The notes under the pieces were generated by a model. That model did no database searches. It was given only the letters and a program-made list of their open reading frames with translations, and was not told the DNA's origin. This document shows positions 38,127-48,119 of a stretch of DNA of 64,000 nucleotides, in pieces. The position numbers and the translations under genes are program-made. Source of the DNA: Tequatrovirus BCH953P4; sequence record OZ035789.1. One strand, given 5' to 3'. Numbering within the stretch: position 1 is the stretch's first letter; each line of letters starts with the position of its first letter.

Positions 38127-38236
38127 AGTTTTGTGAAAAATTTTTTAAAAAGTTTTGGGGGAATTCTAGGGCAGGGAGGGCAATTAAAGGATAGGATAAT
38201 ATATTATAAAGGATAGAAACTAAATGATGCCTAGAG

Positions 38237-38252
38237 AGGCCCGGAAAGGCCT
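38237..38252 (-). terminator. Second GC-rich hairpin downstream of the IP gene (AGGCC…GGCCU)
   Basis: 5-bp GC stem; no U-tract, so function uncertain. Confidence 0.3.
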
Positions 38253-38263
38253 AGATACCAAAA

Positions 38264-38287
38264 AGCCCCGACCAAAAGGTTGGGGCT
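38264..38287 (-). terminator. Rho-independent terminator after the IP gene: AGCCCCAACC-UUUU-GGUCGGGGCU plus U-tract
   Basis: Hairpin followed by UUUUUGG on the minus transcript; near-identical in sequence to the hairpin at 38823-38846. Confidence 0.55.
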
Positions 38288-38294
38288 AAGAATG

Positions 38295-38768
38295 TTATTT
38301 GATTTGTTTAGCAGACCAAATGCGGTCTTTAATAATTTTTTGGATGTCTTCAACATACTCAAGAGAGTGAACATGTGGGTTATCTTTGAAACTATAAGCA
38401 CGAGCTAGCTTTTGGCCTTCAGTTTTGATTACTAAAAGCTCTTTAAGGATAGCTTCATATTTGGAGATAATTCCTTTAACAATATTTTTCTCTTGTGTAG
38501 CTTTAGGATCTGCTTTAGGAGCAGGTTTACCTGAAGCCTTTGCAAAAGCAGCTCCAGTAGCAACTAAACTTTTCCAGGCCATACTAACTGCATTTCCCGT
38601 AAATCCTTCCGCTTTCATGTCGCGTGCGAACTGGAATCGCGATTCATCAGAAGCATCTTTATAAGAATATTTACCCGCTGCAATGGCTGCTTTTGCGACA
38701 GCTTGAATTTCGGTGCTAGATGCTTCATTTAACACCGCTTCATTTAAAAATTGAGTATATGATTTCAT
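38295..38768 (-). CDS. Internal protein (IP family), 157 aa, with capsid-targeting leader
   Basis: N-terminus MKSYTQFLNEA resembles the IP capsid-targeting sequence; Ala/Lys-rich body. Confidence 0.55.
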   Translation of the reverse strand: MKSYTQFLNEAVLNEASSTEIQAVAKAAIAAGKYSYKDASDESRFQFARDMKAEGFTGNAVSMAWKSLVATGAAFAKASGKPAPKADPKATQEKNIVKGIISKYEAILKELLVIKTEGQKLARAYSFKDNPHVHSLEYVEDIQKIIKDRIWSAKQIK

Positions 38769-38808
38769 CTTATTTCCTGTTTTAATTCGTGGATTTAATA
38801 TACTACTA

Positions 38809-38816
38809 TATTTATA
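38809..38816 (-). promoter_or_regulatory. Late promoter TATAAATA upstream of the IP gene
   Basis: Exact TATAAATA on the minus strand about 40 nt upstream of the ATG at 38768. Confidence 0.5.
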
Positions 38817-38822
38817 CCAAAA

Positions 38823-38846
38823 AGCCCCAACCTTTCGGTCGGGGCT
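38823..38846 (-). terminator. Rho-independent terminator closing the tRNA/stable-RNA transcription unit: AGCCCCGACC-GAAA-GGUUGGGGCU plus U-tract
   Basis: 10-bp stem (one G-U pair) followed by UUUUGG on the minus transcript. Confidence 0.6.
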
Positions 38847-38851
38847 AAGCC

Positions 38852-39160
38852 TTGCGGCAACCTTGTCGAGGTTCCACCTGCTAAGGCAAGTGTTTGTACG
38901 AAACGCCGGGACTTGAACCCGGTTATTAAGTAGTTGACGCTACTCAATATTTTTAAAAGGCCATATCTCGACCATATCCGAACGTTCCGTCAAAAACGCT
39001 ACTCGGCTTACGGCAAAGATATTTCCTCGAATCGATAATTCGGTGCGCCGTTTCTGCTGTGATGTAAGAGGGCATTAGCAGATCGTAAAGATTTGTTAAT
39101 GCCAGTCCTTAAACAGGGAACATCAGTCCGACGACTTACCGGTAGCGACCCGGTTTCTTG
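38852..39160 (-). ncRNA. Region likely encoding small stable RNAs (T4 RNA C/D-like) downstream of tRNA-Arg; boundaries unresolved
   Basis: No protein-sized ORF; contains a tRNA-like T-arm (CCGGGTTCAAGTCCCGG) and several stems; T4 has two stable RNAs at this position. Confidence 0.3.
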
Positions 39161-39162
39161 TC

Positions 39163-39239
<77 letters not shown>

Positions 39240-39242
39240 TAG

Positions 39243-39908
39243 TTAAAATTTCATTTTTCGACCTTTAAACCATCCTTCTGGAATTGGGTCAGTTTTCTTA
39301 ATACGTTTAGAAACTTTTTCATCTAATGAATGAATCCACATCATACCAAATTGGGAATTCTTTTCACCTTGTTGGTGTTTATTTCTGGCGTGAGATTCTT
39401 TCATTTTATTAATAGTTTCAGGAGTATGGGTCTTACCCAAGAAAGATTTAGTATTTAAAAATTTCTCTCTATACTTAGGATTATCCCAAAACTGTTTAAA
39501 CCTTTCTGAACCCATTTTACGATATTTTTCTTTAAGGTCTGGGTCGTTCTCAAATCTGGTTTTAAAAGCGGCAGCTCCTTTTAAGGAAGCTTCTTTCTTT
39601 TTATCCAAATATTCTTTAGTGTTTAAATGGTCCCAACCACCTTCACCACCTAATTTCAAATTATAAACATCAGAGCGCTTTAAAAACTCTTCAGTCACAA
39701 TATTCTTTTCTGACTCAAACATAGAGGTTTTATCGTCAAAGAACTCTAATATTTCTTTAGAAAAATTTTCTATACCATACTTATCTTGGGCTCTTTTTAA
39801 TAATTTACCAGAACCCATATATCCATCATCTAAATTTTCGGTAGAATGAGCGCCTATATAGATTTTATTATTAATTTTATTTGTTATTTTATAAGTGTAA
39901 TGGAACAT
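39243..39908 (-). CDS. segB: GIY-YIG homing endonuclease SegB, 221 aa
   Basis: Canonical GIY-YIG N-terminus YKITNKINNKIYIGAHS; located inside the tRNA cluster as in T4. Confidence 0.85.
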   Translation of the reverse strand: MFHYTYKITNKINNKIYIGAHSTENLDDGYMGSGKLLKRAQDKYGIENFSKEILEFFDDKTSMFESEKNIVTEEFLKRSDVYNLKLGGEGGWDHLNTKEYLDKKKEASLKGAAAFKTRFENDPDLKEKYRKMGSERFKQFWDNPKYREKFLNTKSFLGKTHTPETINKMKESHARNKHQQGEKNSQFGMMWIHSLDEKVSKRIKKTDPIPEGWFKGRKMKF

Positions 39909-39930
39909 AAATATCTCCTATTTCTAAGAG

Positions 39931-39938
39931 TATTTATG
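39931..39938 (-). promoter_or_regulatory. Near-consensus late promoter (CATAAATA) upstream of segB
   Basis: 7 of 8 match, about 22 nt upstream of the segB ATG. Confidence 0.3.
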
Positions 39939-39949
39939 TTCCCAAAATA

Positions 39950-40021
39950 TGGCCCTGGGTGGAATTGAACCACCATCTGGCGATTATGAGTCGCTTGCTT
40001 GAACCTTCCAGCTACAGGGCC
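39950..40021 (-). tRNA. tRNA-Ile (anticodon CAU, presumably modified to read AUA), CCA not encoded
   Basis: Acceptor GGCCCTG/CAGGGCC, anticodon loop CTCATAA, T-loop TTCAATT. Confidence 0.75.
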
Positions 40022-40027
40022 TTGATA

Positions 40028-40100
40028 TGCTGATTGACGGAATCGAACCGCCGACATCCTCATTACAAGTGAGGTGCTCTACCTACTGAGCTAAATCAGC
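40028..40100 (-). tRNA. tRNA-Thr (anticodon UGU), CCA not encoded
   Basis: Acceptor GCTGATT/AATCAGC, D-arm GCTCAGTAGGTAGAGC, anticodon loop CTTGTAA, T-loop TTCGATT. Confidence 0.8.
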
Positions 40101-40107
40101 GAAATTA

Positions 40108-40194
40108 CGGAGGCGATAGGATTTGAACCTATGAGTCGCCGGAGCGACTGCCGGTTTTCAAGACCGGTGCATTAAACCACTCTGCCACGCCTCC
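40108..40194 (-). tRNA. tRNA-Ser (anticodon UGA), class II long variable arm, CCA not encoded
   Basis: Acceptor GGAGGCG/CGCCTCC, anticodon loop CTTGAAA, long variable arm, T-loop TTCAAAT. Confidence 0.8.
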
Positions 40195-40196
40195 AG

Positions 40197-40270
40197 TCTC
40201 CGCGGCAGGATTTGAACCTGCGACATTCTGCTCCCAAAGCAGACGCTCTACCAAACTGAGCTACACGGAG
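40197..40270 (-). tRNA. tRNA-Pro (anticodon UGG), CCA not encoded
   Basis: Acceptor CTCCGTG/CGCGGAG, D-arm GCTCAGTTTGGTAGAGC, anticodon loop TTTGGGA. Confidence 0.8.
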
Positions 40271-40282
40271 TAAATTAAATTT

Positions 40283-40354
<72 letters not shown>

Positions 40355-40360
40355 AAACTT

Positions 40361-40447
40361 TGGTACGAGAAGTGGGACTCGAACCCACAAGGAAATCATT
40401 CCGCAGCATTTTAAGTGCTGTGCCTTTACCAATTTGACCATTCTCGC
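40361..40447 (-). tRNA. tRNA-Leu (anticodon UAA), class II long variable arm, CCA encoded
   Basis: Acceptor GCGAGAA/TTCTCGT, anticodon loop CTTAAAA, long variable arm, T-arm GTGGG-TTCGAGT-CCCAC, 3' ACCA. Confidence 0.8.
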
Positions 40448-40448
40448 G

Positions 40449-40521
40449 CTGGGAATAAAGGACTCGAACCTTTGCATCTAGCAGTCAAAGTGCTATGCCT
40501 TACCAACTTGGCTAATTCCCA
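40449..40521 (-). tRNA. tRNA-Gln (anticodon UUG), CCA not encoded
   Basis: Acceptor TGGGAAT/ATTCCCA, D-arm GCCAAGTTGGTAAGGC, anticodon loop CTTTGAC, T-loop TTCGAGT. Confidence 0.8.
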
Positions 40522-40607
40522 ATTATTAACAAAGGCTCTCTAACAAGAACCCTTGATGATAGAGGGTATTAATCAGTGCGATATGAATTAATAATAACAA
40601 ATAATTC

Positions 40608-41132
40608 TTAAAGCAAATTAAACATTTTAACGGTCGGCAAAACAATTTCTTCTTCTATATAAGAGTATTTAACACTCTCAACTACACGCAAAAAATCATA
40701 ATCATAATACTCAGAAGCATTACCTAAAATATTAATAAGTCCTTCAAGCACTTTATTACCATTCACAAAGAATAAGTCAAATACACGTTCTTCATCTTCT
40801 TCAGATTTATTACCAAGATCAACTTCTATGCGAAAGACCTTTTTAATGAATTCTGGATAAAGCTGGTCTGAGAACAGTCCTTCAACCAAGTATTCATAAA
40901 TAAAAAGAGATTGCTCGCTGAACAAACCATTACCACAATAGCGCTCAATTTTAGTACTAGAATATCTGCTTTTAAACTTCTTTAAAAGATACTGAAATTG
41001 TAAGATTTCATGCTCTTCTACGCCAAACAGTGTTTTAGTTTTATAGTTGTCACCATCATTTTCCCAGGTAGTGACATCAATTACGTAGCCCTGCGGAATT
41101 GTAGTACCTAAACAAATATTCATTTTCACCAC
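40608..41132 (-). CDS. Hypothetical protein, 174 aa
   Basis: ORF track. Confidence 0.5.
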   Translation of the reverse strand: MVKMNICLGTTIPQGYVIDVTTWENDGDNYKTKTLFGVEEHEILQFQYLLKKFKSRYSSTKIERYCGNGLFSEQSLFIYEYLVEGLFSDQLYPEFIKKVFRIEVDLGNKSEEDEERVFDLFFVNGNKVLEGLINILGNASEYYDYDFLRVVESVKYSYIEEEIVLPTVKMFNLL

Positions 41133-41416
41133 GCTGCATTAATGTAAGTATATTTAATACATCCAAGACCCAAAGGATTCTTGAAAATATCATATTCAAG
41201 AGGACCTTTTTCTGTTTCAATAAAGAAATCAAAATTTACTGTATTAAATGCACGGTCTTCCTTTACTAATTTAACTTGAGAAGATGAACGGTCAATGTAA
41301 ACCTTTTCAACTTCAAAACATGTTAAAACGCCATAATCATCAATCAAGGCTTTAGCTGCGTCTTGATCATATTTATATCCATTTTCAATGGATGATACTT
41401 TAGCATAAAGAATCAT
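41126..41416 (-). CDS. Hypothetical protein, 96 aa
   Basis: ORF track. Confidence 0.5.
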   Translation of the reverse strand: MILYAKVSSIENGYKYDQDAAKALIDDYGVLTCFEVEKVYIDRSSSQVKLVKEDRAFNTVNFDFFIETEKGPLEYDIFKNPLGLGCIKYTYINAAW

Positions 41417-41418
41417 TA

Positions 41419-41799
41419 TCAGCCTTCATCAACAATAGTATGAGTGTGGGCATTTACAATTTGCCACCAATCAAAGCGATTAGAACCATACATCGGTTTG
41501 TTTTCATTTTCTTTGATAATATCACGGAGTTCATCTTCGGTAGCGGCTTTCGCGATTAAATCAGCATATCCACCACGAGGATAATAATTATCACCTGCAA
41601 AAAGTAAAAAGTTTGGTTTAATATTATTAAACTCTTCAAGAGTAATAACTGTTCCACCAGGTTGAACAATCTCTACATAACTATATCCTAATTTTTGAGC
41701 AGCATCTACTGCTTCAAGCAGGGTATCATGAGCCCATCCAATTTGGCAATCTGGCTTTTCAGATGGATTAGCCTGATAATCCGCGTACACTTTATACAT
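41419..41799 (-). CDS. Hypothetical protein, about 126 aa, start refined to MYKVYADYQ
   Basis: ORF-track N-terminus overlaps the upstream ORF; internal ATG chosen. Confidence 0.45.
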   Translation of the reverse strand: MYKVYADYQANPSEKPDCQIGWAHDTLLEAVDAAQKLGYSYVEIVQPGGTVITLEEFNNIKPNFLLFAGDNYYPRGGYADLIAKAATEDELRDIIKENENKPMYGSNRFDWWQIVNAHTHTIVDEG

Positions 41800-41800
41800 T

Positions 41801-41986
41801 CTATTCACCTTTAGAAATTTTATCCATAACGATAGCAATTAAACCAATTAAAAATGCTACTACAAGTGAAAAAACATTTTCTGCTGTAGTCAATAATCCG
41901 CATATAAATCCAACAAACATTGAAAAACTAAAAGCGGAAGCAGAAATTGCAATAGCAACATTTCGAATTAATTCACAACGTTTCAT
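41801..41986 (-). CDS. Small membrane protein, 61 aa
   Basis: ORF track; ATG start downstream of an early promoter; hydrophobic. Confidence 0.45.
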   Translation of the reverse strand: MKRCELIRNVAIAISASAFSFSMFVGFICGLLTTAENVFSLVVAFLIGLIAIVMDKISKGE

Positions 41987-42014
41987 TTTATTCTCCTCAG
42001 TAGTTGATAGGGTA

Positions 42015-42044
42015 ATAGTATCACTACCCTATCTAAAAGTAAAC
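42015..42044 (-). promoter_or_regulatory. Early promoter: -35 GTTTACT, 17-nt spacer, -10 TACTAT
   Basis: Read on the minus strand upstream of ORF 41801-41986. Confidence 0.5.
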
Positions 42045-42278
42045 TTATTTTTTACGAAAAATTGATTTATTTTCTGCTGCCCATTTTTCAATAACTGCAG
42101 CCGGACCAGTAACAACAATTTTATCACCGTAATCTTCTGCGGCGAGTTGACCGAAATTATCTAATGCATCACGAAGAACTCCATGAGGCATTTCACCCAT
42201 TTTATCTTTCTTGCCAGTGTAAATAAACTCAACTTTTACATCAGAAGATTCAGCGATAAATTCTTTAAACGTTTTCAT
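42045..42278 (-). CDS. Internal-protein-like small protein, 77 aa, with capsid-targeting leader (ipI position)
   Basis: N-terminus MKTFKEFIAES matches the IP capsid-targeting pattern; lies just downstream of 57B. Confidence 0.55.
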   Translation of the reverse strand: MKTFKEFIAESSDVKVEFIYTGKKDKMGEMPHGVLRDALDNFGQLAAEDYGDKIVVTGPAAVIEKWAAENKSIFRKK

Positions 42279-42308
42279 TTTATTTTCCTAATTAATTTTG
42301 ATGAGATA

Positions 42309-42338
42309 ATAGTATCACTACCTCATCAGCATGTAAAC
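42309..42338 (-). promoter_or_regulatory. Early promoter: -35 GTTTACA, 17-nt spacer, -10 TACTAT
   Basis: Read on the minus strand upstream of the IP-like gene. Confidence 0.5.
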
Positions 42339-42350
42339 AACTTTATGAAA

Positions 42351-43047
<697 letters not shown>

Positions 43048-43048
<1 letters not shown>

Positions 43049-43773
43049 TATAGTACCTTTAGTGTATTTTTAATTTTAGAAAAAAGTTCTTCAAGAGAAC
43101 CATCGTTTGTAATTACTAAATCGCCATCACGAATTGGCAATCCAGCTTCTGTAATATGTGTATCATTGGATTTTTGACCAGGACGAACTACATGAATTAC
43201 TGTAGCACCCATCGCCCTAGCCGCATCCATTTCATGATCTTGACGAGTATCAGGAACGATATAATAATCATAACCTGAGTTAAATTTATCAAGATAATCT
43301 AAAGCAAATAATTTTACCCAGTACATGCGATCGAAGTTATTAACAATCAAATCCGTACCTAGGGCTTGCATCAGACGACGGACTGACCATTGATCTTCAA
43401 TATTATTTATAACGTCAATAATCTTGTTAAATGCTACGGAATTAACTGATTCTTGTCCTTCGTCATCAAAAACAAACACACCCTTAATTGGGCTTTTACC
43501 ATTAAGATAGCAAAATGCTTGTTCCATAATCGTGATTACTTCTGATTTAGTCAGATTTAAATTAGTCTCACGATCATAGTCAATTCCTTCAAACTCTTTA
43601 CGAGTTAAGCAAGGATAGTCAGTGTTTGCTGCAAATACTCCCCATGCATAAGCCAATGCATCCTTAATAGGACCAGCAAGTTGGTATTTAACTGCAGAAT
43701 AATTGCTCATGATAAAATCAGCAGTAGTATCTTTTCCACTACGCTTTACACCGCTTAAAAAGATTAGTTTCAT
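43048..43773 (-). CDS. 1: Deoxynucleoside monophosphate kinase gp1, 241 aa, start refined
   Basis: Refined N-terminus MKLIFLSGVKRSGKDT with P-loop; GAGGAG Shine-Dalgarno; ORF-track start is an upstream non-ATG codon. Confidence 0.85.
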
Positions 43774-43822
43774 GTGTTTCTCCTCAAATTTAATTAAGAT
43801 TATAACACACAAAACTGAAGCA

Positions 43823-44353
43823 TTAAACTTCTGCTATAATTTTTCCATCTTTTTCTACTTGAAAATAGGTGTAAGGAATCGTTGCTGTACATACTAAAGC
43901 CGGGTCTGAATCTTCCGTATAGCTAAATTCTACTTCAGACAGGTCAGAAACCCAAGGCTTATAAAAATTTATTGACATCACGATTTCAGTTTTGCTATTA
44001 TCTAAGATGTAAAGCGTAATGTACTCAGGACCTGTTTTTTGGGCAGTATTTTCACCTGTAAGATAGTTGCTAGTTCCTAGCATCCATTCATACATTCCTA
44101 TCCACGACTTAAGTTCTTCATCGACTATAAATCTCACAATGAGTGGGTCATACTCGAATGTAACACCTGGACGTTGTGCTCGGCCCAGTCCAAACGGCCC
44201 AGTCACGGTATCAGTAACAGGTATTCTAATTCCTGGAATAGGAACTGACTGAGCATTTAAAGTAAAAGCAGATGTAGTATTACTATGCGGTATTGATACT
44301 ACAAAGTTAGTTGTATTTGCTTGGTTAAAAATTTGTTGCAGAGCTTGCGACAT
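43823..44353 (-). CDS. 3: Tail tube/sheath terminator protein gp3, 176 aa, start refined
   Basis: Internal ATG (MSQALQQ…) with GAGGAA Shine-Dalgarno gives the 176 aa expected for gp3. Confidence 0.75.
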   Translation of the reverse strand: MSQALQQIFNQANTTNFVVSIPHSNTTSAFTLNAQSVPIPGIRIPVTDTVTGPFGLGRAQRPGVTFEYDPLIVRFIVDEELKSWIGMYEWMLGTSNYLTGENTAQKTGPEYITLYILDNSKTEIVMSINFYKPWVSDLSEVEFSYTEDSDPALVCTATIPYTYFQVEKDGKIIAEV

Positions 44354-44459
44354 ATATTCCTCATAATGCTTTATAACTGTTGGTGGTATAATGGGTCTAA
44401 GTCCCTTCCATTCAATTCCATTTAGAACAAACAACAGAAAAGAATGGAAGATAATAGAA

Positions 44460-45284
44460 TTAGATATTTGACCAGACTTTGTTTGCAGAGAAACGTTTTC
44501 CTTTTGAAACGAACTGCTGAAGTGGCATCAACACAACGTTCGCCCAGTCTTTCGGGGCGATTTCAACAAGGCTACCCATAATATTACCGGGTATATATGC
44601 CTTAATCATTTGATCTGCACCCCTAAATCCTTTCACTTGACTCCAATCAATTTTTAATTTCGTTTTATTAGTAATAGTAGGTGTATTTGAGTATTGCTTT
44701 AAAAGCTCTTCTAGGAATTGCTGACGAGCTTTAGGTGGAATATAGTGCAAGTTTAATCCGTACATTAAATTATGCTTACCTAAACCAAGGTAAATTATCA
44801 AAGGAAATTTATCCCAGTAAGGAAGAGTTTCCTTGTGTTTAGCATCATAAGCAAAAGCATATATTCGTCCCGGCTGTGGGCGAACAACTTTATGTCCTTT
44901 TACTTGCTTAATAGTTTCAGCAAACCACTTTCTGGTTTTATTATTAATTGCTGCGCCTTCATTACGAATTTTATCACGCAATGTTTGCCTGAATGAATTT
45001 ATCATAAGCAGTTGTCTTTCTTGCTTATTGAGTTTATTCATTGGTTTTGATTCAAGCTTTTGAATCTTTTCAGCCGTTTTAATTCCTGAAGCATATTTTG
45101 ACATTGCCGAAGTAAACGTGGAGTATTTGATTCCTCTTTCTTCAGCAAATTGCTTTCCTGTCATTCCTTTTGCTTTGGCCTTTTTATACTCAAGACCTAT
45201 CTGAATCCATTTCTTTTCGTTTAATGATTGCTTAACCTTTGGAACTTGGGGAGTGCTTTCATTAATTATTTGAAAAATAGCCAT
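44460..45284 (-). CDS. 2: DNA end-protector protein gp2, 274 aa
   Basis: 274 aa basic protein in the gene 2 position; ATG start. Confidence 0.8.
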   Translation of the reverse strand: MAIFQIINESTPQVPKVKQSLNEKKWIQIGLEYKKAKAKGMTGKQFAEERGIKYSTFTSAMSKYASGIKTAEKIQKLESKPMNKLNKQERQLLMINSFRQTLRDKIRNEGAAINNKTRKWFAETIKQVKGHKVVRPQPGRIYAFAYDAKHKETLPYWDKFPLIIYLGLGKHNLMYGLNLHYIPPKARQQFLEELLKQYSNTPTITNKTKLKIDWSQVKGFRGADQMIKAYIPGNIMGSLVEIAPKDWANVVLMPLQQFVSKGKRFSANKVWSNI

Positions 45285-45736
45285 TATGCCCCCTTAAAGC
45301 CAAGAGCTCGTAATCCATCTTCTGTTAGAATTCTAAATTTTATTCCACGCTTTTCAGCTAAAGATTGTGCTGCTTTCCATTTGTCAGTATTAACAGAATA
45401 TGTATAAATTTCATTCATAAATCTTTTCTTCGCTGCGGTTGTTAGATGTGCTGGTTTAACTGGTGGTTGTGTTTCTTTTTTAGGTTTTATTTCAATAAAA
45501 AATTCTTGCCCAGAAGAATCTTTCATCCAAATATCCATGAAGTATCTACGTTTTTTCCCTTCTGCATTACAAAAATAAGGAATTACTGCTGTTTCACTAC
45601 CCCATGCAATAATTTCTGGATTTTTATCTAACCATTCAAAAAAGAATTTTTCCCAATTTGATCTATACGTAATTTTTTTAGGGTCACCTCTATATTTTGA
45701 TATATTTTTAGGAACCCATTTTCCAGAATATGCCAT
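45284..45736 (-). CDS. 4: Head completion protein gp4, 150 aa
   Basis: 150 aa; ATG start; stop overlaps gene 2 start (TAATG). Confidence 0.8.
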   Translation of the reverse strand: MAYSGKWVPKNISKYRGDPKKITYRSNWEKFFFEWLDKNPEIIAWGSETAVIPYFCNAEGKKRRYFMDIWMKDSSGQEFFIEIKPKKETQPPVKPAHLTTAAKKRFMNEIYTYSVNTDKWKAAQSLAEKRGIKFRILTEDGLRALGFKGA

Positions 45737-45747
45737 TGGATTCTCCT

Positions 45748-45755
45748 TATAAATA
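45748..45755 (+). promoter_or_regulatory. Late promoter TATAAATA for gene 53 and downstream baseplate genes
   Basis: Exact TATAAATA about 28 nt upstream of the gene 53 ATG; AGGAGGG Shine-Dalgarno. Confidence 0.6.
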
Positions 45756-45762
45756 GATAATA

Positions 45763-45770
45763 TATTTATA
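45763..45770 (-). promoter_or_regulatory. Late promoter TATAAATA for the leftward gene 4-2-3 operon (divergent from the gene 53 promoter)
   Basis: Exact TATAAATA on the minus strand about 26 nt upstream of the gene 4 ATG. Confidence 0.55.
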
Positions 45771-45783
45771 AACAGGAGGGCCC

Positions 45784-46374
45784 ATGCTCTTTACATTTTT
45801 TGATCCGATTGAATATGCGGCCAAAACGGTGAATAAAAACGCGCCGACTATTCCTATGACAGATATTTTTAGAAACTATAAAGACTATTTTAAACGCGCT
45901 CTTGCGGGATACCGCTTACGTACTTATTATATTAAAGGTTCACCACGCCCGGAAGAATTAGCAAATACTATATATGGAAATCCACAGTTGTATTGGGTTT
46001 TATTGATGTGTAATGATAATTATGATCCGTATTATGGATGGATTACTTCGCAAGAAGCTGCTTATCAAGCATCTATACAAAAATACAAAAATGTAGGTGG
46101 AGACCAAATAGTATATCATGTGAATGAGAACGGTGAAAAATTTTATAATTTAATATCATACGATGATAATCCATATGTTTGGTATGATAAAGGTGATAAA
46201 GCTAGAAAATATCCTCAATATGAAGGAGCACTTGCTGCTGTTAATACGTATGAAGATGCTGTTCTTGAAAATGAAAAACTTCGTCAAATAAAAATAATAG
46301 CAAAATCAGACATTAATTCATTTATGAACGACCTTATACGTATAATGGAGAAATCTTATGGAAATGATAAGTAA
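45784..46374 (+). CDS. 53: Baseplate wedge protein gp53, 196 aa
   Basis: 196 aa, first plus-strand late gene; length and position as in T4. Confidence 0.85.
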   Translation: MLFTFFDPIEYAAKTVNKNAPTIPMTDIFRNYKDYFKRALAGYRLRTYYIKGSPRPEELANTIYGNPQLYWVLLMCNDNYDPYYGWITSQEAAYQASIQKYKNVGGDQIVYHVNENGEKFYNLISYDDNPYVWYDKGDKARKYPQYEGALAAVNTYEDAVLENEKLRQIKIIAKSDINSFMNDLIRIMEKSYGNDK

Positions 46375-48085
46375 TAACCTTAATTGGTTTGTTGGTGTTG
46401 TTGAAGATAGAATGGACCCATTAAAATTAGGTCGTGTTCGTGTTCGTGTGGTTGGTCTGCATCCACCTCAAAGAGCACAAGGTGATGTAATGGGTATTCC
46501 AACTGAAAAATTACCATGGATGTCAGTTATTCAACCTATAACTTCTGCAGCAATGTCTGGAATTGGAGGTTCTGTTACTGGACCGGTAGAAGGAACTAAA
46601 GTTTATGGTCATTTTTTAGACAAATGGAAAACTAACGGAATTGTCCTTGGCACGTATGGTGGAATAGTTCGCGAAAAACCGAATAGACTTGAAGGATTTT
46701 CTGACCCAACTGGGCAGTATCCTAGACGTTTAGGAAATGATACTAACGTACTAAACCAAGGCGGAGAAGTAGGATATGATTCGTCTTCTAATATTATCCA
46801 AGATAGTAACTTAGACACCGCAATAAATCCCGATGATAGACCACTATCAGAGATTCCAACCGATGATAATCCAAATATGTCAATGGCTGACATGCTTCGC
46901 CGTGATGAAGGATTAAGATTAAAAGTTTATTGGGATACCGAAGGATATCCGACAATTGGTATTGGTCATCTTATCATGAAGCAGCCAGTTCGTGATATGG
47001 CTCAAATTAATAAAGTTTTATCGAAACAAGTTGGTCGTGAAATTACAGGAAATCCAGGTTCTATTACAATGGAAGAGGCGACGACTTTATTTGAGCGTGA
47101 TTTGGCTGATATGCAACGTGACATTAAATCACATTCTAAAGTAGGACCAGTCTGGCAAGCTGTCAACCGTTCTCGTCAAATGGCGTTAGAAAATATGGCA
47201 TTTCAAATGGGTGTTGGCGGTGTAGCTAAATTTAACACAATGTTAACTGCTATGTTAGCAGGAGATTGGGAAAAAGCATATAAAGCCGGTCGTGATTCAT
47301 TGTGGTATCAACAAACAAAAGGCCGTGCATCCCGTGTTACTATGATTATTCTTACGGGAAATTTGGAATCATATGGTGTTGAAGTGAAAACCCCAGCTAG
47401 GTCTCTATCAGCAATGGCTGCTACTATAGCTAAATCTTCTGACCCTGCTGATCCTCCTATTCCAAATGACTCGAGAATTTTATTCAAAGAACCAGTTTCT
47501 TCATATAAAGGTGAATATCCTTATGTGCATACAATGGAAACTGAAAGCGGACATATTCAGGAATTTGATGATACCCCTGGGCAAGAACGATATAGATTAG
47601 TTCATCCAACTGGAACTTATGAAGAAGTATCACCGTCAGGAAGAAGAACAAGAAAAACTGTTGATAATTTGTATGATATAACCAACGCTGATGGTAATTT
47701 TTTGGTAGCCGGTGATAAAAAGACTAACGTCGGTGGTTCAGAAATTTATTATAACATGGATAATCGTCTTCACCAGATAGATGGAAGCAATACAATATTT
47801 GTGCGCGGCGATGAAACTAAGACGGTTGAAGGTAATGGAACTATCCTAGTTAAAGGTAATGTTACCATTGTAGTTGAAGGTAATGCTGACATTACAGTTA
47901 AAGGAGATGCTACCACTTTAGTTGAAGGAAATCAAACTAATACAGTAAATGGAAATCTTTCTTGGAAAGTTGCTGGGACAGTTGATTGGGACGTTGGTGG
48001 TGATTGGACAGAAAAAATGGCATCTATGAGTTCTATTTCATCTGGTCAATACACAATTGATGGATCGAGGATTGACATTGGCTAA
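46358..48085 (+). CDS. 5: Baseplate central spike gp5 with lysozyme domain, 575 aa
   Basis: Internal lysozyme domain (…MLRRDEGLRLKVYWDTEGYPTIGIGHL…) similar to gene e; C-terminal VxGxxxxx beta-helix repeats. Confidence 0.95.
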   Translation: MEMISNNLNWFVGVVEDRMDPLKLGRVRVRVVGLHPPQRAQGDVMGIPTEKLPWMSVIQPITSAAMSGIGGSVTGPVEGTKVYGHFLDKWKTNGIVLGTYGGIVREKPNRLEGFSDPTGQYPRRLGNDTNVLNQGGEVGYDSSSNIIQDSNLDTAINPDDRPLSEIPTDDNPNMSMADMLRRDEGLRLKVYWDTEGYPTIGIGHLIMKQPVRDMAQINKVLSKQVGREITGNPGSITMEEATTLFERDLADMQRDIKSHSKVGPVWQAVNRSRQMALENMAFQMGVGGVAKFNTMLTAMLAGDWEKAYKAGRDSLWYQQTKGRASRVTMIILTGNLESYGVEVKTPARSLSAMAATIAKSSDPADPPIPNDSRILFKEPVSSYKGEYPYVHTMETESGHIQEFDDTPGQERYRLVHPTGTYEEVSPSGRRTRKTVDNLYDITNADGNFLVAGDKKTNVGGSEIYYNMDNRLHQIDGSNTIFVRGDETKTVEGNGTILVKGNVTIVVEGNADITVKGDATTLVEGNQTNTVNGNLSWKVAGTVDWDVGGDWTEKMASMSSISSGQYTIDGSRIDIG

Positions 48086-48119
48086 TATACTTCCAATGAG
48101 CGCTGATTTAGGAGAATCC

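Noticed and set aside
38852-39160. Additional tRNA genes downstream of tRNA-Arg
   Set aside because: A T-arm-like motif is present but I could not fold a complete cloverleaf with an acceptable acceptor stem; annotated instead as a probable stable-RNA region at low confidence.
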